A stretch of 35,657 nt of DNA from a virus. Lineage: Duplodnaviria > Heunggongvirae > Uroviricota > Caudoviricetes. The position numbers were made by a program, and so were the translations under genes. Below are positions 1-9,123 of the stretch, piece after piece (position 1 is the stretch's first letter; every line of letters starts with the position of its first letter). Where the stretch lies: IMG/VR virus record IMGVR_UViG_2534681762_000014, one strand, 5' to 3'. Under the pieces are notes generated by a model that was given only the letters and a program-made list of their open reading frames with translations, was not told where the DNA came from and searched no databases.

Positions 1-1011
1 TTATAACGTCACTCCGCCTTTTAGTGGATTCAGAGCGACGGCATTTTGCAGATAGTCAGGCGCAAGGTGCGCATAGGCCATCGTCTGCTGAATGCTCGCA
101 TGTCCCAGAATCTGTTGCAGTGCGATTATATTGCCCCCATTCATCATGAAATGGCTTGCGAATGTATGCCGCAGGATGTGGGTTGCCTGATTGGGTGGTA
201 TATCAGGTTTCACTCTGCGTAAAATCCCGCAAAATTTCTCATAATCAACTTTGAATAATTTGGCGCTGGCCTCCTCTTTAACTTTTTTCTCCAGTTCCTC
301 AGAAATCGGCACGGTTCGCTTTTTACCGTTTTTGGTTTTCAGGAAGGTAACCCTGCAATTTGTAATCTGTGCTGGTTTTAGCGTGGCAACTTCCGTCCAT
401 CTTCCTCCAGTACTCAGACATAAAAGCGCGACAAGTAAGTCATCACCAGCCAAAACATTTAACAGTTTTTCGATTTCTGCTTTTTCCAGGAACGTCATTT
501 CAGGGTTGGCCTCCGCCAGTGGCGGCAGTCCGTGAATTGGGTGTTGCCCGGAAAATTCATCCAATTGAATTAATTTTGTGAACATGCCGGATAATCGGTA
601 CATGTCACGGTTTATCGTTGCGGCACTGATACCATCACGTAGTCGCATGGAACGATAATCCATCAAAGCCCTTTTGCTCATCCTGCTCACTGGTATATCA
701 CCTATGCCGCTGATGGTTTTGAGTAGATGATTAAACTCTTTTGTTCCATGCTCGTGGTTTTGCCCGTGATATTTCCACCAGATGTCCAGCAACTCACTCA
801 AAGTCCGGCGGTCTGCTCGCTGGCCTCCCCATTCTTTCTGACTGGCATTGGCGATTGTGTATCGCTCAAATGCTAGTGCTTCAGCTTTTCTTTCGAATTT
901 CCTGCGGATGCGTTTTCCGTCGCGACCGCGAGGTCTAATGTCCACTTCATAGCGACCATCATCGAGCTTCTTAATTGCCATAAGAAAGCCCTCCGGCGCT
1001 GTATTCACCAT
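1..1011 (-). CDS. int: P2-type tyrosine integrase, 336 aa, complete (stop at positions 1-3)
   Basis: Translation carries the tyrosine recombinase C-terminal catalytic region (HTFASHFMMNGG...LGHASIQQTMAYAHL) and an N-terminal arm-binding region; position and orientation next to C match P2. Confidence 0.9.
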   Translation of the reverse strand: MVNTAPEGFLMAIKKLDDGRYEVDIRPRGRDGKRIRRKFERKAEALAFERYTIANASQKEWGGQRADRRTLSELLDIWWKYHGQNHEHGTKEFNHLLKTISGIGDIPVSRMSKRALMDYRSMRLRDGISAATINRDMYRLSGMFTKLIQLDEFSGQHPIHGLPPLAEANPEMTFLEKAEIEKLLNVLAGDDLLVALLCLSTGGRWTEVATLKPAQITNCRVTFLKTKNGKKRTVPISEELEKKVKEEASAKLFKVDYEKFCGILRRVKPDIPPNQATHILRHTFASHFMMNGGNIIALQQILGHASIQQTMAYAHLAPDYLQNAVALNPLKGGVTL

Positions 1012-1050
1012 CTTGGTAGCAAATGGTGAAAATGTAATCTTTATATAGAG

Positions 1051-1344
1051 TTAGCCAATCCTTTTTGCGGAGTGGTTGGACTCTGTTGACTCTGGCCCAA
1101 TGTGCGCGAGAGCCGGTGCGATTTGTCCTGCGTCCGGCGCGGTTTTATCTGTCATAAGCCATAGAGCATATTTTTGGAATGTGGGATGCATAGTGATTTT
1201 TAGCAAAGCTGTGCCACCGGGTTCAAAGTTTCCTCCTTCATATTTTTTAAGTGTGCTTAGCGGTAACTCTATGATTTCACAGAATTTTGATTGGCTTAGC
1301 CCTTCAGCCTCACGCAAGGCCTTAATCTTTTCGCTTAATTTCAT
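1051..1344 (-). CDS. C: Immunity repressor, P2 C-like, 97 aa
   Basis: Small protein divergent from cox; C-terminal stretch QIAPALAH resembles P2 C as I recall it, while the N-terminal HTH-like part looks different. Size and position match P2 C. Confidence 0.75.
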   Translation of the reverse strand: MKLSEKIKALREAEGLSQSKFCEIIELPLSTLKKYEGGNFEPGGTALLKITMHPTFQKYALWLMTDKTAPDAGQIAPALAHIGPESTESNHSAKRIG

Positions 1345-1373
1345 TTGACATGGTGCCTATATAGGGACTAAAT
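1345..1373 (+). promoter_or_regulatory. Candidate early promoter (Pe-like): TTGACA at 1345-1350, about 17-bp spacer, weak -10 CTAAAT
   Basis: Consensus -35 hexamer directly upstream of cox on the correct strand; -10 is weak; operator repeat lies in the spacer. Confidence 0.3.
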
Positions 1374-1399
1374 TCCCTCAAAACTGGAACCTATATAGG
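1356..1399. promoter_or_regulatory. Two copies of the 10-bp palindrome CCTATATAGG (1356-1365 and 1390-1399), candidate repressor operators
   Basis: Exact repeat, 34 bp centre to centre, in the C/cox intergenic switch region. Confidence 0.4.
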
Positions 1400-1465
1400 C
1401 TCCATTGATTTGAGAATAAACCAGCGTCTAAACGGTTTTGAGTGGTTTAGAAAGGGCTGGATCCT

Positions 1466-1753
1466 ATGAGGGTACCATATATGGACGCTGAAAATTATGT
1501 GATTCAGTATCCGCTTGATGCGGTTCATGTGGATAAATTTGCTGATTTATTAGGGAAGCCAAAGACAGCCGTCAGTGAAATGGTGAAGGCAAATAAATTA
1601 CCAATTATTGAATTGCGTGATCCTTGCAAACCGAAGGCTCGTGCCGGTGAAAAATGGGTTTTCATTCCTGAGTTTAATCGCGCTGTACGTGAGGCGTTTT
1701 ATAACCGACCGGTTGAACAGCGTGATGCATGGCTTTTGTGGATGGGGTTGTGA
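1466..1753 (+). CDS. cox: Cox-like excisionase / early-operon regulator
   Basis: About 95-aa protein divergent from C; C-terminal region (WVFIPEFN...RDAWLLWMGL) resembles P2 Cox; the exact start (1466 or a downstream ATG) is uncertain. Confidence 0.7.
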   Translation: MRVPYMDAENYVIQYPLDAVHVDKFADLLGKPKTAVSEMVKANKLPIIELRDPCKPKARAGEKWVFIPEFNRAVREAFYNRPVEQRDAWLLWMGL

Positions 1754-1755
1754 TT

Positions 1756-1926
1756 ATGAATGAGCCGCGTTGTATTGCTCAGTTATTGCGTAACGAAAGC
1801 CCCAGGGCGATTGACTTCACCATCACCCACGGGAAGGGTCGCAAGGGAATCATTATCCGCACCAAAAAACAGAGTCCGTTAAAAAAGGCTCTGACCTTTC
1901 TGAAAAGCCGGAGGGTCTGGAAATGA
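1756..1926 (+). CDS. Small early protein, P2 orf78-like
   Basis: ATG overlaps the cox stop; position corresponds to P2 orf78; no motif recognised. Confidence 0.45.
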   Translation: MNEPRCIAQLLRNESPRAIDFTITHGKGRKGIIIRTKKQSPLKKALTFLKSRRVWK

Positions 1927-2423
1927 CAGTGATGACGCTCAATCTCGTCGAAAAACAGCCAGCAGCTATGCGCCGGATAATTGGTAAGCATCTTGCCGTC
2001 CCTCGCTGGCAGGATACATGTGATTATTATAATCAGATGATGGAGCGCGAACGGCTAACGGTTTGCTTTCATGCACAGTTAAAACAGCGTCACGCAACGA
2101 TGCGTTTTGAAGAAATGAACGACGTCGAACGTGAACGGCTGGTTTGTGCAATTGATGAATTGCGCGGGGCATTCTCAAAACGCCGTCAGGTTGGCGCAAG
2201 TGAGTATGCATATATTAGCTTTTTAACTGTCAGTCAGCGCCGTACTTTATTTATGCATGCCGGATTGACTGAAAAAGAATTCAACCAGCCATACTGGCGA
2301 ATTAATGAAGAGTCATGTTACTGGCGTGATGCTTTATTCCGTGCATTACGTGAATTATTCAGCCTGTTTGAGTATGCACCGACAATTCTGACGTCGGTAA
2401 AACCAGAGCAATATCTGCATTAA
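1923..2423 (+). CDS. B: Replication protein B (helicase-loader type), 166 aa
   Basis: Size and position identical to P2 gpB; start overlaps the upstream stop. Confidence 0.8.
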   Translation: MTVMTLNLVEKQPAAMRRIIGKHLAVPRWQDTCDYYNQMMERERLTVCFHAQLKQRHATMRFEEMNDVERERLVCAIDELRGAFSKRRQVGASEYAYISFLTVSQRRTLFMHAGLTEKEFNQPYWRINEESCYWRDALFRALRELFSLFEYAPTILTSVKPEQYLH

Positions 2424-2486
2424 GTAATTAACCAGAGTTTTTAACGCACTTAATTGTGCGGGGCTTCTTTTTGCCTGGAGAAAGTC

Positions 2487-2711
2487 ATGCATACAGTTTC
2501 TGAAAATCAGTGCGGTAAATACGCATTACTGCTGCAACAGGCCAGAACCGAAGCACAGGCCGACGCAGCGACGCGCTTTTCTTCTCATCTTGACGCCATG
2601 ATTCGCCACATCACAAAGGCGGAGTTATCCCGCGTGGAGATAGTCGAGCTGCTCAGTCAGGAGTCGGAAAAATTTCACAATATCGGATTGTCTCGCGGGG
2701 AGGTGTTTTGA
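2487..2711 (+). CDS. Hypothetical early protein, P2 orf80 position
   Basis: ORF with GGAG upstream of the ATG at 2487; stop overlaps the next start. Confidence 0.45.
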   Translation: MHTVSENQCGKYALLLQQARTEAQADAATRFSSHLDAMIRHITKAELSRVEIVELLSQESEKFHNIGLSRGEVF

Positions 2712-3013
2712 TGTCCTGTTCTTGTTCAGTTGTATTACTGAATAACGCCCTAAAAATCGCCGTTATGAAAAATGGCGATTTGTCTCTTATTCAACTTGGT
2801 CTTGATAAAGAAAAACGCGAAATAACTGAGTCTGTTATCGCGATTTATCAGAACGAATTAAACCTCCTGTCTGATGTGGTCAATTTACTTGTTAAACGCG
2901 CTGTGTTTCACAAGCAAATCTCCTCCGTGGATGAACTGACGAAATTAACGACAGAAATCGCCAGCTATTGCGCTGATGAATTTAAAAACCTTAACGACAA
3001 AAGGAACTGGTAA
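2711..3013 (+). CDS. Hypothetical early protein, P2 orf81 position
   Basis: ORF translationally coupled to its neighbours (overlapping stop and start). Confidence 0.45.
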   Translation: MSCSCSVVLLNNALKIAVMKNGDLSLIQLGLDKEKREITESVIAIYQNELNLLSDVVNLLVKRAVFHKQISSVDELTKLTTEIASYCADEFKNLNDKRNW

Positions 3014-3237
3014 TGCCGGACAACGTAGATTTTATTCAGGAACAACAGGCTGAATTACTGGAGCGCCAGATTAACGCGGCAAGGGTAAAACATTGCGGTG
3101 CTTCTGCGCTGGTTTGCGAAGAGTGTGACGCGCCAATACCTGCTGCCCGTCGTGCGGCTTATCCGTCAGCCACGCGTTGTGTTTCCTGTCAGTCAGTCTT
3201 TGAAGCAAAAAACAAACATTACCGGAGAACGGCATGA
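3013..3237 (+). CDS. TraR/DksA-family C4 zinc-finger protein, P2 orf82 position
   Basis: CxxC...CxxC spacing (CEECD...CVSCQ) typical of the TraR/DksA fold. Confidence 0.65.
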   Translation: MPDNVDFIQEQQAELLERQINAARVKHCGASALVCEECDAPIPAARRAAYPSATRCVSCQSVFEAKNKHYRRTA

Positions 3238-3509
3238 GTATTCGTATCGAAATTGGCGAACGTTATGTCGTTACCAGTGACAGCTTTCAGTTTATTCTCC
3301 ACGAGAAAAAGAGAGCTGAAAGCGGTAAAAACGCCGGTCAGGAATGGCTGGCGGTGGTTGGTTATTACCCGAAATTAAGCCAGCTCGTTTCCGGCCTGAT
3401 GCATCACGATATTCTGACCGGAAGCGCAAAGTCTTTTGCTGATTTAAACGCGCAGGTTGAGCAACTCAGCAAGCGTTGTTCAGAGGCTTTTGGCTCATAT
3501 GGCCGTTAA
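3234..3509 (+). CDS. Hypothetical early protein, P2 orf83 position
   Basis: ORF coupled to orf82 and overlapping the A start. Confidence 0.45.
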   Translation: MSIRIEIGERYVVTSDSFQFILHEKKRAESGKNAGQEWLAVVGYYPKLSQLVSGLMHHDILTGSAKSFADLNAQVEQLSKRCSEAFGSYGR

Positions 3510-5778
3510 AGCCTCCGGGCGTTTTGTCCCTCCGTCAGCATTTGCCGCAGGCACCGGTAAGATGTTTACCGGTGCTTATGCATGGAACGCGCCACGCGAG
3601 GCCGTCGGGCGCGAAAGACCCCTTACACGTGATGAGATGCGTCAGGTGCAAGGTGTTTTATCCACGATTAACCGCCTGCCTTACTTTTTGCGCTCACTGT
3701 TTACTTCACGCTATGACTACATCCGGCGCAATAAAAGCCCGGTGCACGGGTTTTATTTCCTCACATCCACTTTTCAGCGTCGTTTATGGCCGCGCATTGA
3801 GCGTGTGAATCAGCGCCATGAAATGAACACCGACGCGTCGTTGCTGTTTCTGGCAGAGCGTGACCACTATGCGCGCCTGCCGGGAATGAATGACAAGGAG
3901 CTGAAAAAGTTTGCCGCCCGTATCTCATCGCAGCTTTTCATGATGTATGAGGAACTCAGCGATGCCTGGGTGGATGCGCATGGCGAAAAAGAATCACTGT
4001 TTACGGATGAGGCTCAGGCTCACCTGTATGGTCATGTTGCTGGCGCTGCACGAGCTTTCAATATTTCCCCTCTCTACTGGAAAAAATACCGTAAAGGACA
4101 GATGACCACGAGGCAGGCATATTCTGCCATTGCCCGTCTGTTTAACGATGAGTGGTGGACTCATCAGCTTAAAGGCCAGCGTATGCGCTGGCATGAAGCG
4201 TTACTGATAGCTGTCGGGGAGGTCAATAAAGACCGTTCTCCTTATGCCAGTAAACACGCCATTCGTGATGTGCGTGCGCGCCGCCAGGCAAATCTGGAAT
4301 TTCTTAAATCGTGTGACCTTGAAAACAGGGAAACCGGCGAGCGCATCGACCTTATCAGTAAGGTGATGGGCAGTATTTCTAATCCTGAAATTCGCCGGAT
4401 GGAGCTGATGAACACCATTGCCGGTATTGAGCGTTACGCCGCCGCAGAGGGTGATGTGGGGATGTTTATCACGCTGACCGCGCCGTCAAAGTATCACCCG
4501 ACACGTCAGGTAGGAAAAGGCGAAAGTAAAACCGTGCAGCTTAATCACGGCTGGAACGATGAGGCATTTAATCCAAAGGATGCGCAGCGTTATCTCTGCC
4601 GTATCTGGAGCCTGATGCGCACGGCATTCAAGGATAATGATTTACAGGTCTACGGTTTGCGTGTCGTCGAGCCACACCACGACGGAACGCCGCACTGGCA
4701 TATGATGCTTTTTTGTAATTCACGCCAGCGTAACCAGATTATCGAAATCATGCGTCGCTATGCGCTCAAAGAGGATGGCGACGAAAGAGGAGCCGCGCGA
4801 AACCGTTTTCAGGCAAAACACCTTAACCGGGGCGGTGCTGCGGGATATATCGCGAAATACATTTCAAAAAACATCGACGGCTATGCACTGGATGGTCAGC
4901 TCGATAACGACACCGGCAGGCCGCTGAAAGACACTGCAGCGGCTGTTACCGCATGGGCGTCAACGTGGCGCATCCCGCAATTTAAAACGGTTGGCCTGCC
5001 GACAATGGGGGCTTACCGTGAACTACGCAAATTGCCTCGTGGCGTCAGCATTGCTGATGAGTTTGACGAACGCGTCGAGGCTGCTCGCGCTGCCGCAGAC
5101 AGCGGTGATTTTGCGTTGTATATCAGCGCGCAGGGTGGGGCAAATGTCCCGCGCGATTGTCAGACTGTCAGGGTTGCCCGTAGCCCGTCGGATGACGTTA
5201 ACGAGTACGAGGAAGAAGTCGAGAGAGTGGTCGGCATTTACGCGCCGCATCTCGGCGCGCGTCATATTCATATCACCAGAACGACGGACTGGCGCATTGT
5301 TCCGAAAGTGCCGGTCGTTGAGCCTTTGACTTTAAAAAGCGGCATCGCCGCGCCTCGGAGTCCTGTCAATAACTGTGGAAAACTCACCGGTGGTGATACT
5401 TCGTTACCGGCTCCCACACCTTCTGAGCACGCCGCAGCAGTGCTTAATCTGGTTGATGACGGTGTTATCGAATGGAGTGACCCGGAGGTCGTGAGGGCGC
5501 TCAGAGGTGCATTAAAACACGGTCGGAGAACGCCAAGTCGTCAGCAAAGAAACGGAAGCCCGTTAAAACCGCATGAAATTGCACCATCGGCCAGAATGAC
5601 CCGGTCGGAAAGAATGCAAATTACCCGTATCCGCGTTGACCTTGCTCAGAAGGGTATCAGGCCGCAGCGATGGGAGCTTGAGGCGCTGGCGCGTGGCGCG
5701 ACCGTAAATTATAACGGGAAAAAATTCACGTATCCGGTCGCTGATGAGTGGCCGGGCTTTACTGGCAGTACCACATAG
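3499..5778 (+). CDS. A: Replication initiation endonuclease A (rolling-circle initiator), about 759 aa
   Basis: Long ORF with P2 gpA-like sequence; start taken at the ATG at 3499 (MAVKASGRF); conserved Tyr-containing region (GAAGYIAKYISK). Confidence 0.85.
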   Translation: MAVKASGRFVPPSAFAAGTGKMFTGAYAWNAPREAVGRERPLTRDEMRQVQGVLSTINRLPYFLRSLFTSRYDYIRRNKSPVHGFYFLTSTFQRRLWPRIERVNQRHEMNTDASLLFLAERDHYARLPGMNDKELKKFAARISSQLFMMYEELSDAWVDAHGEKESLFTDEAQAHLYGHVAGAARAFNISPLYWKKYRKGQMTTRQAYSAIARLFNDEWWTHQLKGQRMRWHEALLIAVGEVNKDRSPYASKHAIRDVRARRQANLEFLKSCDLENRETGERIDLISKVMGSISNPEIRRMELMNTIAGIERYAAAEGDVGMFITLTAPSKYHPTRQVGKGESKTVQLNHGWNDEAFNPKDAQRYLCRIWSLMRTAFKDNDLQVYGLRVVEPHHDGTPHWHMMLFCNSRQRNQIIEIMRRYALKEDGDERGAARNRFQAKHLNRGGAAGYIAKYISKNIDGYALDGQLDNDTGRPLKDTAAAVTAWASTWRIPQFKTVGLPTMGAYRELRKLPRGVSIADEFDERVEAARAAADSGDFALYISAQGGANVPRDCQTVRVARSPSDDVNEYEEEVERVVGIYAPHLGARHIHITRTTDWRIVPKVPVVEPLTLKSGIAAPRSPVNNCGKLTGGDTSLPAPTPSEHAAAVLNLVDDGVIEWSDPEVVRALRGALKHGRRTPSRQQRNGSPLKPHEIAPSARMTRSERMQITRIRVDLAQKGIRPQRWELEALARGATVNYNGKKFTYPVADEWPGFTGSTT

Positions 5779-6081
5779 CTGAATACTTTAATTGACGCTG
5801 AAACTATCAGAGGGGATGTGTTTGATTAAATAAACAATGTGTTGAGATCTACTTACTGGGTTGTTGATAAGAAAATTTAGCTCTTGGTCAGCAAGAGATT
5901 ATACTGATTGCGATTAGGCTAGGGATAACGTGGGCAATTTCTGTTGTTGGAAGCTGGGTTTTACGAGCGAAAAAAGTATGTGATTTGTGGTTTTGCCCTT
6001 ATAGTATGCGCAATTTAGGAGTGAAAACTATAACCATAAGCTTTAATTATTTCTACTTTTTAGGTATGTCCGGAGGCTCTC

Positions 6082-7077
6082 ATGACTACTAAGCCAATGA
6101 GTCGACTATATGAAAAAATCAGCAAGGCGGGGTTTAGCCGTTCATTTATACGCAAAGTCTTACCTTCATGGTGGGACGACAGCCTAGCTGATACACCTTC
6201 AGGTAAGCAGTACGCTAGCCTTCATTTGGCTCGTGTTTTTAGTTTGTCTCCAGAAAGTCTCAAGGATGGTTCTGAATCTGCGTCTTTCAACCTTGGTGGA
6301 AATCATCGCTTTAAACATCGTGTAAATCTTGGTGAGGAAGACCTGAATGTTGCTACTGCCGTTGCATATTCTGCGGCGAGGATTGTAGCAGAGAATTTCA
6401 GTATCCCGTTTAATCCAAACGCAGAACTTAATTGGCAGGCAGTGAGGGATAAACTGCTCAGCGATAAAAAGTGGGTGGATTTGGCTTCTCTGATTGGTTT
6501 TTGCCATTCGTTAGGCATTCCTGTTGTCTACATTAAGAACTTTCCAACGGGTGCGGCAAAAATGGCTGGCCTTGCATTAAGTGTATCTGGTAGGCCAGTA
6601 ATTGTTTTAACCCAAGCTAAAACCCATGGATTTATGCTATTTGATTTGGCTCATGAGCTTGGTCATATTGCACTAGGCCATCTCAATGATCTCAATGGGG
6701 GGGTCCATGTTGATCGCAAAATTGAAGCGCAGTCTACTAACAATCTTGAGGTGGCAGCTAACAAATATGCCTTTGGTTTGATTGGTGGAAAAGAGACTTT
6801 GAGAATAGCACCTACAAGGGGCTATCTCACAGGTGAAAAATTGGCTAGAGCTGCGCTAGTATATGGTACACAGCATTGCATAGAGCCAACTCATGTAGCT
6901 TTGAACTATGGTCACAATTTAGGGCACTGGGGAGTGGCTGTTAACGCTGTTAAAAGTATTTGCGTGGGACAACCGACAGACCAATCTTTAGCTAGGCAGC
7001 TCATGATGGATGCCATCGATCACGAAAATATTAATGACGACGACTTAGAACTTTTAACGACGCTATGTGGGGTTTAA
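6082..7077 (+). CDS. ImmA/IrrE-family zinc metallopeptidase-domain protein, 331 aa, hotspot cargo gene 1
   Basis: HExxH motif in the typical ImmA/IrrE context (FMLFDLAHELGHIALGH at about residues 185-200); good RBS (GGAGG) upstream; AT-rich relative to the phage backbone. Confidence 0.7.
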   Translation: MTTKPMSRLYEKISKAGFSRSFIRKVLPSWWDDSLADTPSGKQYASLHLARVFSLSPESLKDGSESASFNLGGNHRFKHRVNLGEEDLNVATAVAYSAARIVAENFSIPFNPNAELNWQAVRDKLLSDKKWVDLASLIGFCHSLGIPVVYIKNFPTGAAKMAGLALSVSGRPVIVLTQAKTHGFMLFDLAHELGHIALGHLNDLNGGVHVDRKIEAQSTNNLEVAANKYAFGLIGGKETLRIAPTRGYLTGEKLARAALVYGTQHCIEPTHVALNYGHNLGHWGVAVNAVKSICVGQPTDQSLARQLMMDAIDHENINDDDLELLTTLCGV

Positions 7078-7080
7078 GTA

Positions 7081-7603
7081 GTGATCGTTCTTTCAGACAA
7101 TGATGTCATTTTGAAACTAGCGCAGTGTAATTTACTCCGTTACCTTCCTGAGATTTTGGAAGAGGATCCGCGAGGCATCTATGTTAGTCCGACGGCTCGT
7201 TTTCAATTATTACCGCGCAATACTGATAAAGCCATTAAGAAGTGCGGTAGTGTGGCTATTTACGAAAATGTGGAAAGATTTCTAGGAAGTGTGCAAGTTA
7301 TTGATGAAATCAGAAACGATGATTTGCTGATTAAACTTGGTGAGATACCACACATAGATGTCGGCGAACAACAGCTTTTAGCTGCATGCGTTGAGCAACC
7401 AGGAGCTTTGTTCATGACAGGTGACCGTCGATGTTTGCAGGCTGTGATGGACAATCAGACTATTGTCGCTACGGTTCATGCGCGTCTAATTGACTCAGTA
7501 ATAACCTATGAGAGTGCTCTTTTGCTTTCTGTTCGCGTTTTAGGATTTGAGACTCTATATCAACAACTACAAACGAACCCGAATCCAGATGCAATGCTGA
7601 GGA
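7081..7603 (+). pseudogene. PIN-like putative nuclease, N-terminal fragment (residues 1-174); gene interrupted by IS10
   Basis: GTG start 3 bp after the peptidase stop; N-terminal MIVLSDNDVIL resembles the first PIN strand with its acidic residue; later TGD motif; the frame runs into IS10 at 7604. Confidence 0.55.
7595..7603. repeat. IS10 target-site duplication, left copy (TGCTGAGGA)
   Basis: Identical 9-mer directly flanks both IS10 ends; fits the IS10 GCTNAGC preference. Confidence 0.85.
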
Positions 7604-8932
7604 CTGATGAATCCCCTAATGATTTTTATCAAAATCATTAAGTTAAGGTAGATACACATCTTGTCATATGATCAAATGGTTTCGCCAAAAATCAATAATC
7701 AGACAACAAGATGTGCGAACTCGATATTTTACACGACTCTCTTTACCAATTCTGCCCCGAATTACACTTAAAACGACTCAACAGCTTAACGTTGGCTTGC
7801 CACGCATTACTTGACTGTAAAACTCTCACTCTTACCGAACTTGGCCGTAACCTGCCAACCAAAGCGAGAACAAAACATAACATCAAACGAATCGACCGAT
7901 TGTTAGGTAATCGTCACCTCCACAAAGAGCGACTCGCTGTATACCGTTGGCATGCTAGCTTTATCTGTTCGGGCAATACGATGCCCATTGTACTTGTTGA
8001 CTGGTCTGATATTCGTGAGCAAAAACGACTTATGGTATTGCGAGCTTCAGTCGCACTACACGGTCGTTCTGTTACTCTTTATGAGAAAGCGTTCCCGCTT
8101 TCAGAGCAATGTTCAAAGAAAGCTCATGACCAATTTCTAGCCGACCTTGCGAGCATTCTACCGAGTAACACCACACCGCTCATTGTCAGTGATGCTGGCT
8201 TTAAAGTGCCATGGTATAAATCCGTTGAGAAGCTGGGTTGGTACTGGTTAAGTCGAGTAAGAGGAAAAGTACAATATGCAGACCTAGGAGCGGAAAACTG
8301 GAAACCTATCAGCAACTTACATGATATGTCATCTAGTCACTCAAAGACTTTAGGCTATAAGAGGCTGACTAAAAGCAATCCAATCTCATGCCAAATTCTA
8401 TTGTATAAATCTCGCTCTAAAGGCCGAAAAAATCAGCGCTCGACACGGACTCATTGTCACCACCCGTCACCTAAAATCTACTCAGCGTCGGCAAAGGAGC
8501 CATGGGTTCTAGCAACTAACTTACCTGTTGAAATTCGAACACCCAAACAACTTGTTAATATCTATTCGAAGCGAATGCAGATTGAAGAAACCTTCCGAGA
8601 CTTGAAAAGTCCTGCCTACGGACTAGGCCTACGCCATAGCCGAACGAGCAGCTCAGAGCGTTTTGATATCATGCTGCTAATCGCCCTGATGCTTCAACTA
8701 ACATGTTGGCTTGCGGGCGTTCATGCTCAGAAACAAGGTTGGGACAAGCACTTCCAGGCTAACACAGTCAGAAATCGAAACGTACTCTCAACAGTTCGCT
8801 TAGGCATGGAAGTTTTGCGGCATTCTGGCTACACAATAACAAGGGAAGACTTACTCGTGGCTGCAACCCTACTAGCTCAAAATTTATTCACACATGGTTA
8901 CGCTTTGGGGAAATTATGAGGGGATCTCTCAG
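7604..8932 (+). mobile_element. IS10 (IS4 family), complete 1329-bp copy
   Basis: Outside end CTGATGAATCCCCTAATGATTTT at 7604 and inside end ...GGGGATCTCTCAG at 8932; length exactly 1329 bp; encodes the 402-aa IS10 transposase. Confidence 0.9.
7711..8919 (+). CDS. tnp: IS10 transposase, 402 aa
   Basis: Translation recognised as Tn10/IS10 transposase (MCELDILHDSLYQF...HGYALGKL). Confidence 0.9.
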   Translation: MCELDILHDSLYQFCPELHLKRLNSLTLACHALLDCKTLTLTELGRNLPTKARTKHNIKRIDRLLGNRHLHKERLAVYRWHASFICSGNTMPIVLVDWSDIREQKRLMVLRASVALHGRSVTLYEKAFPLSEQCSKKAHDQFLADLASILPSNTTPLIVSDAGFKVPWYKSVEKLGWYWLSRVRGKVQYADLGAENWKPISNLHDMSSSHSKTLGYKRLTKSNPISCQILLYKSRSKGRKNQRSTRTHCHHPSPKIYSASAKEPWVLATNLPVEIRTPKQLVNIYSKRMQIEETFRDLKSPAYGLGLRHSRTSSSERFDIMLLIALMLQLTCWLAGVHAQKQGWDKHFQANTVRNRNVLSTVRLGMEVLRHSGYTITREDLLVAATLLAQNLFTHGYALGKL

Positions 8933-8941
8933 TGCTGAGGA
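8933..8941. repeat. IS10 target-site duplication, right copy (TGCTGAGGA)
   Basis: Exact match to 7595-7603. Confidence 0.85.
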
Positions 8942-9060
8942 TGGCTATGCGTTCTCGCAGCTCAGAAGATGTTTGTGGCTGCTTCTTTTCTTATACGCGC
9001 CCTGTATACGATTATCTGGCCTTTAAACAACATTTACCGGATCGTGCTTGGTTGCTTTAA
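8942..9060 (+). pseudogene. PIN-like gene, displaced C-terminal fragment (38 codons plus stop)
   Basis: When one duplication copy and IS10 are removed, the 7081 frame continues open for 39 codons to TAA at 9058-9060. Confidence 0.5.
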
Positions 9061-9123
9061 TCTATCCGTAATGAGTGTTTAGCGCATCAATTTGCATGAG
9101 TATATGATGCACGAATATTATAT

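Noticed and set aside
3476-3808. 110-aa ORF overlapping the start of gene A in another frame
   Set aside because: Out of frame with the conserved A N-terminus; no support.
6199-6518. Two minus-strand ORFs (102 aa, 71 aa) inside the peptidase gene
   Set aside because: Antisense to the ORF carrying the HExxH motif; no RBS or motif.
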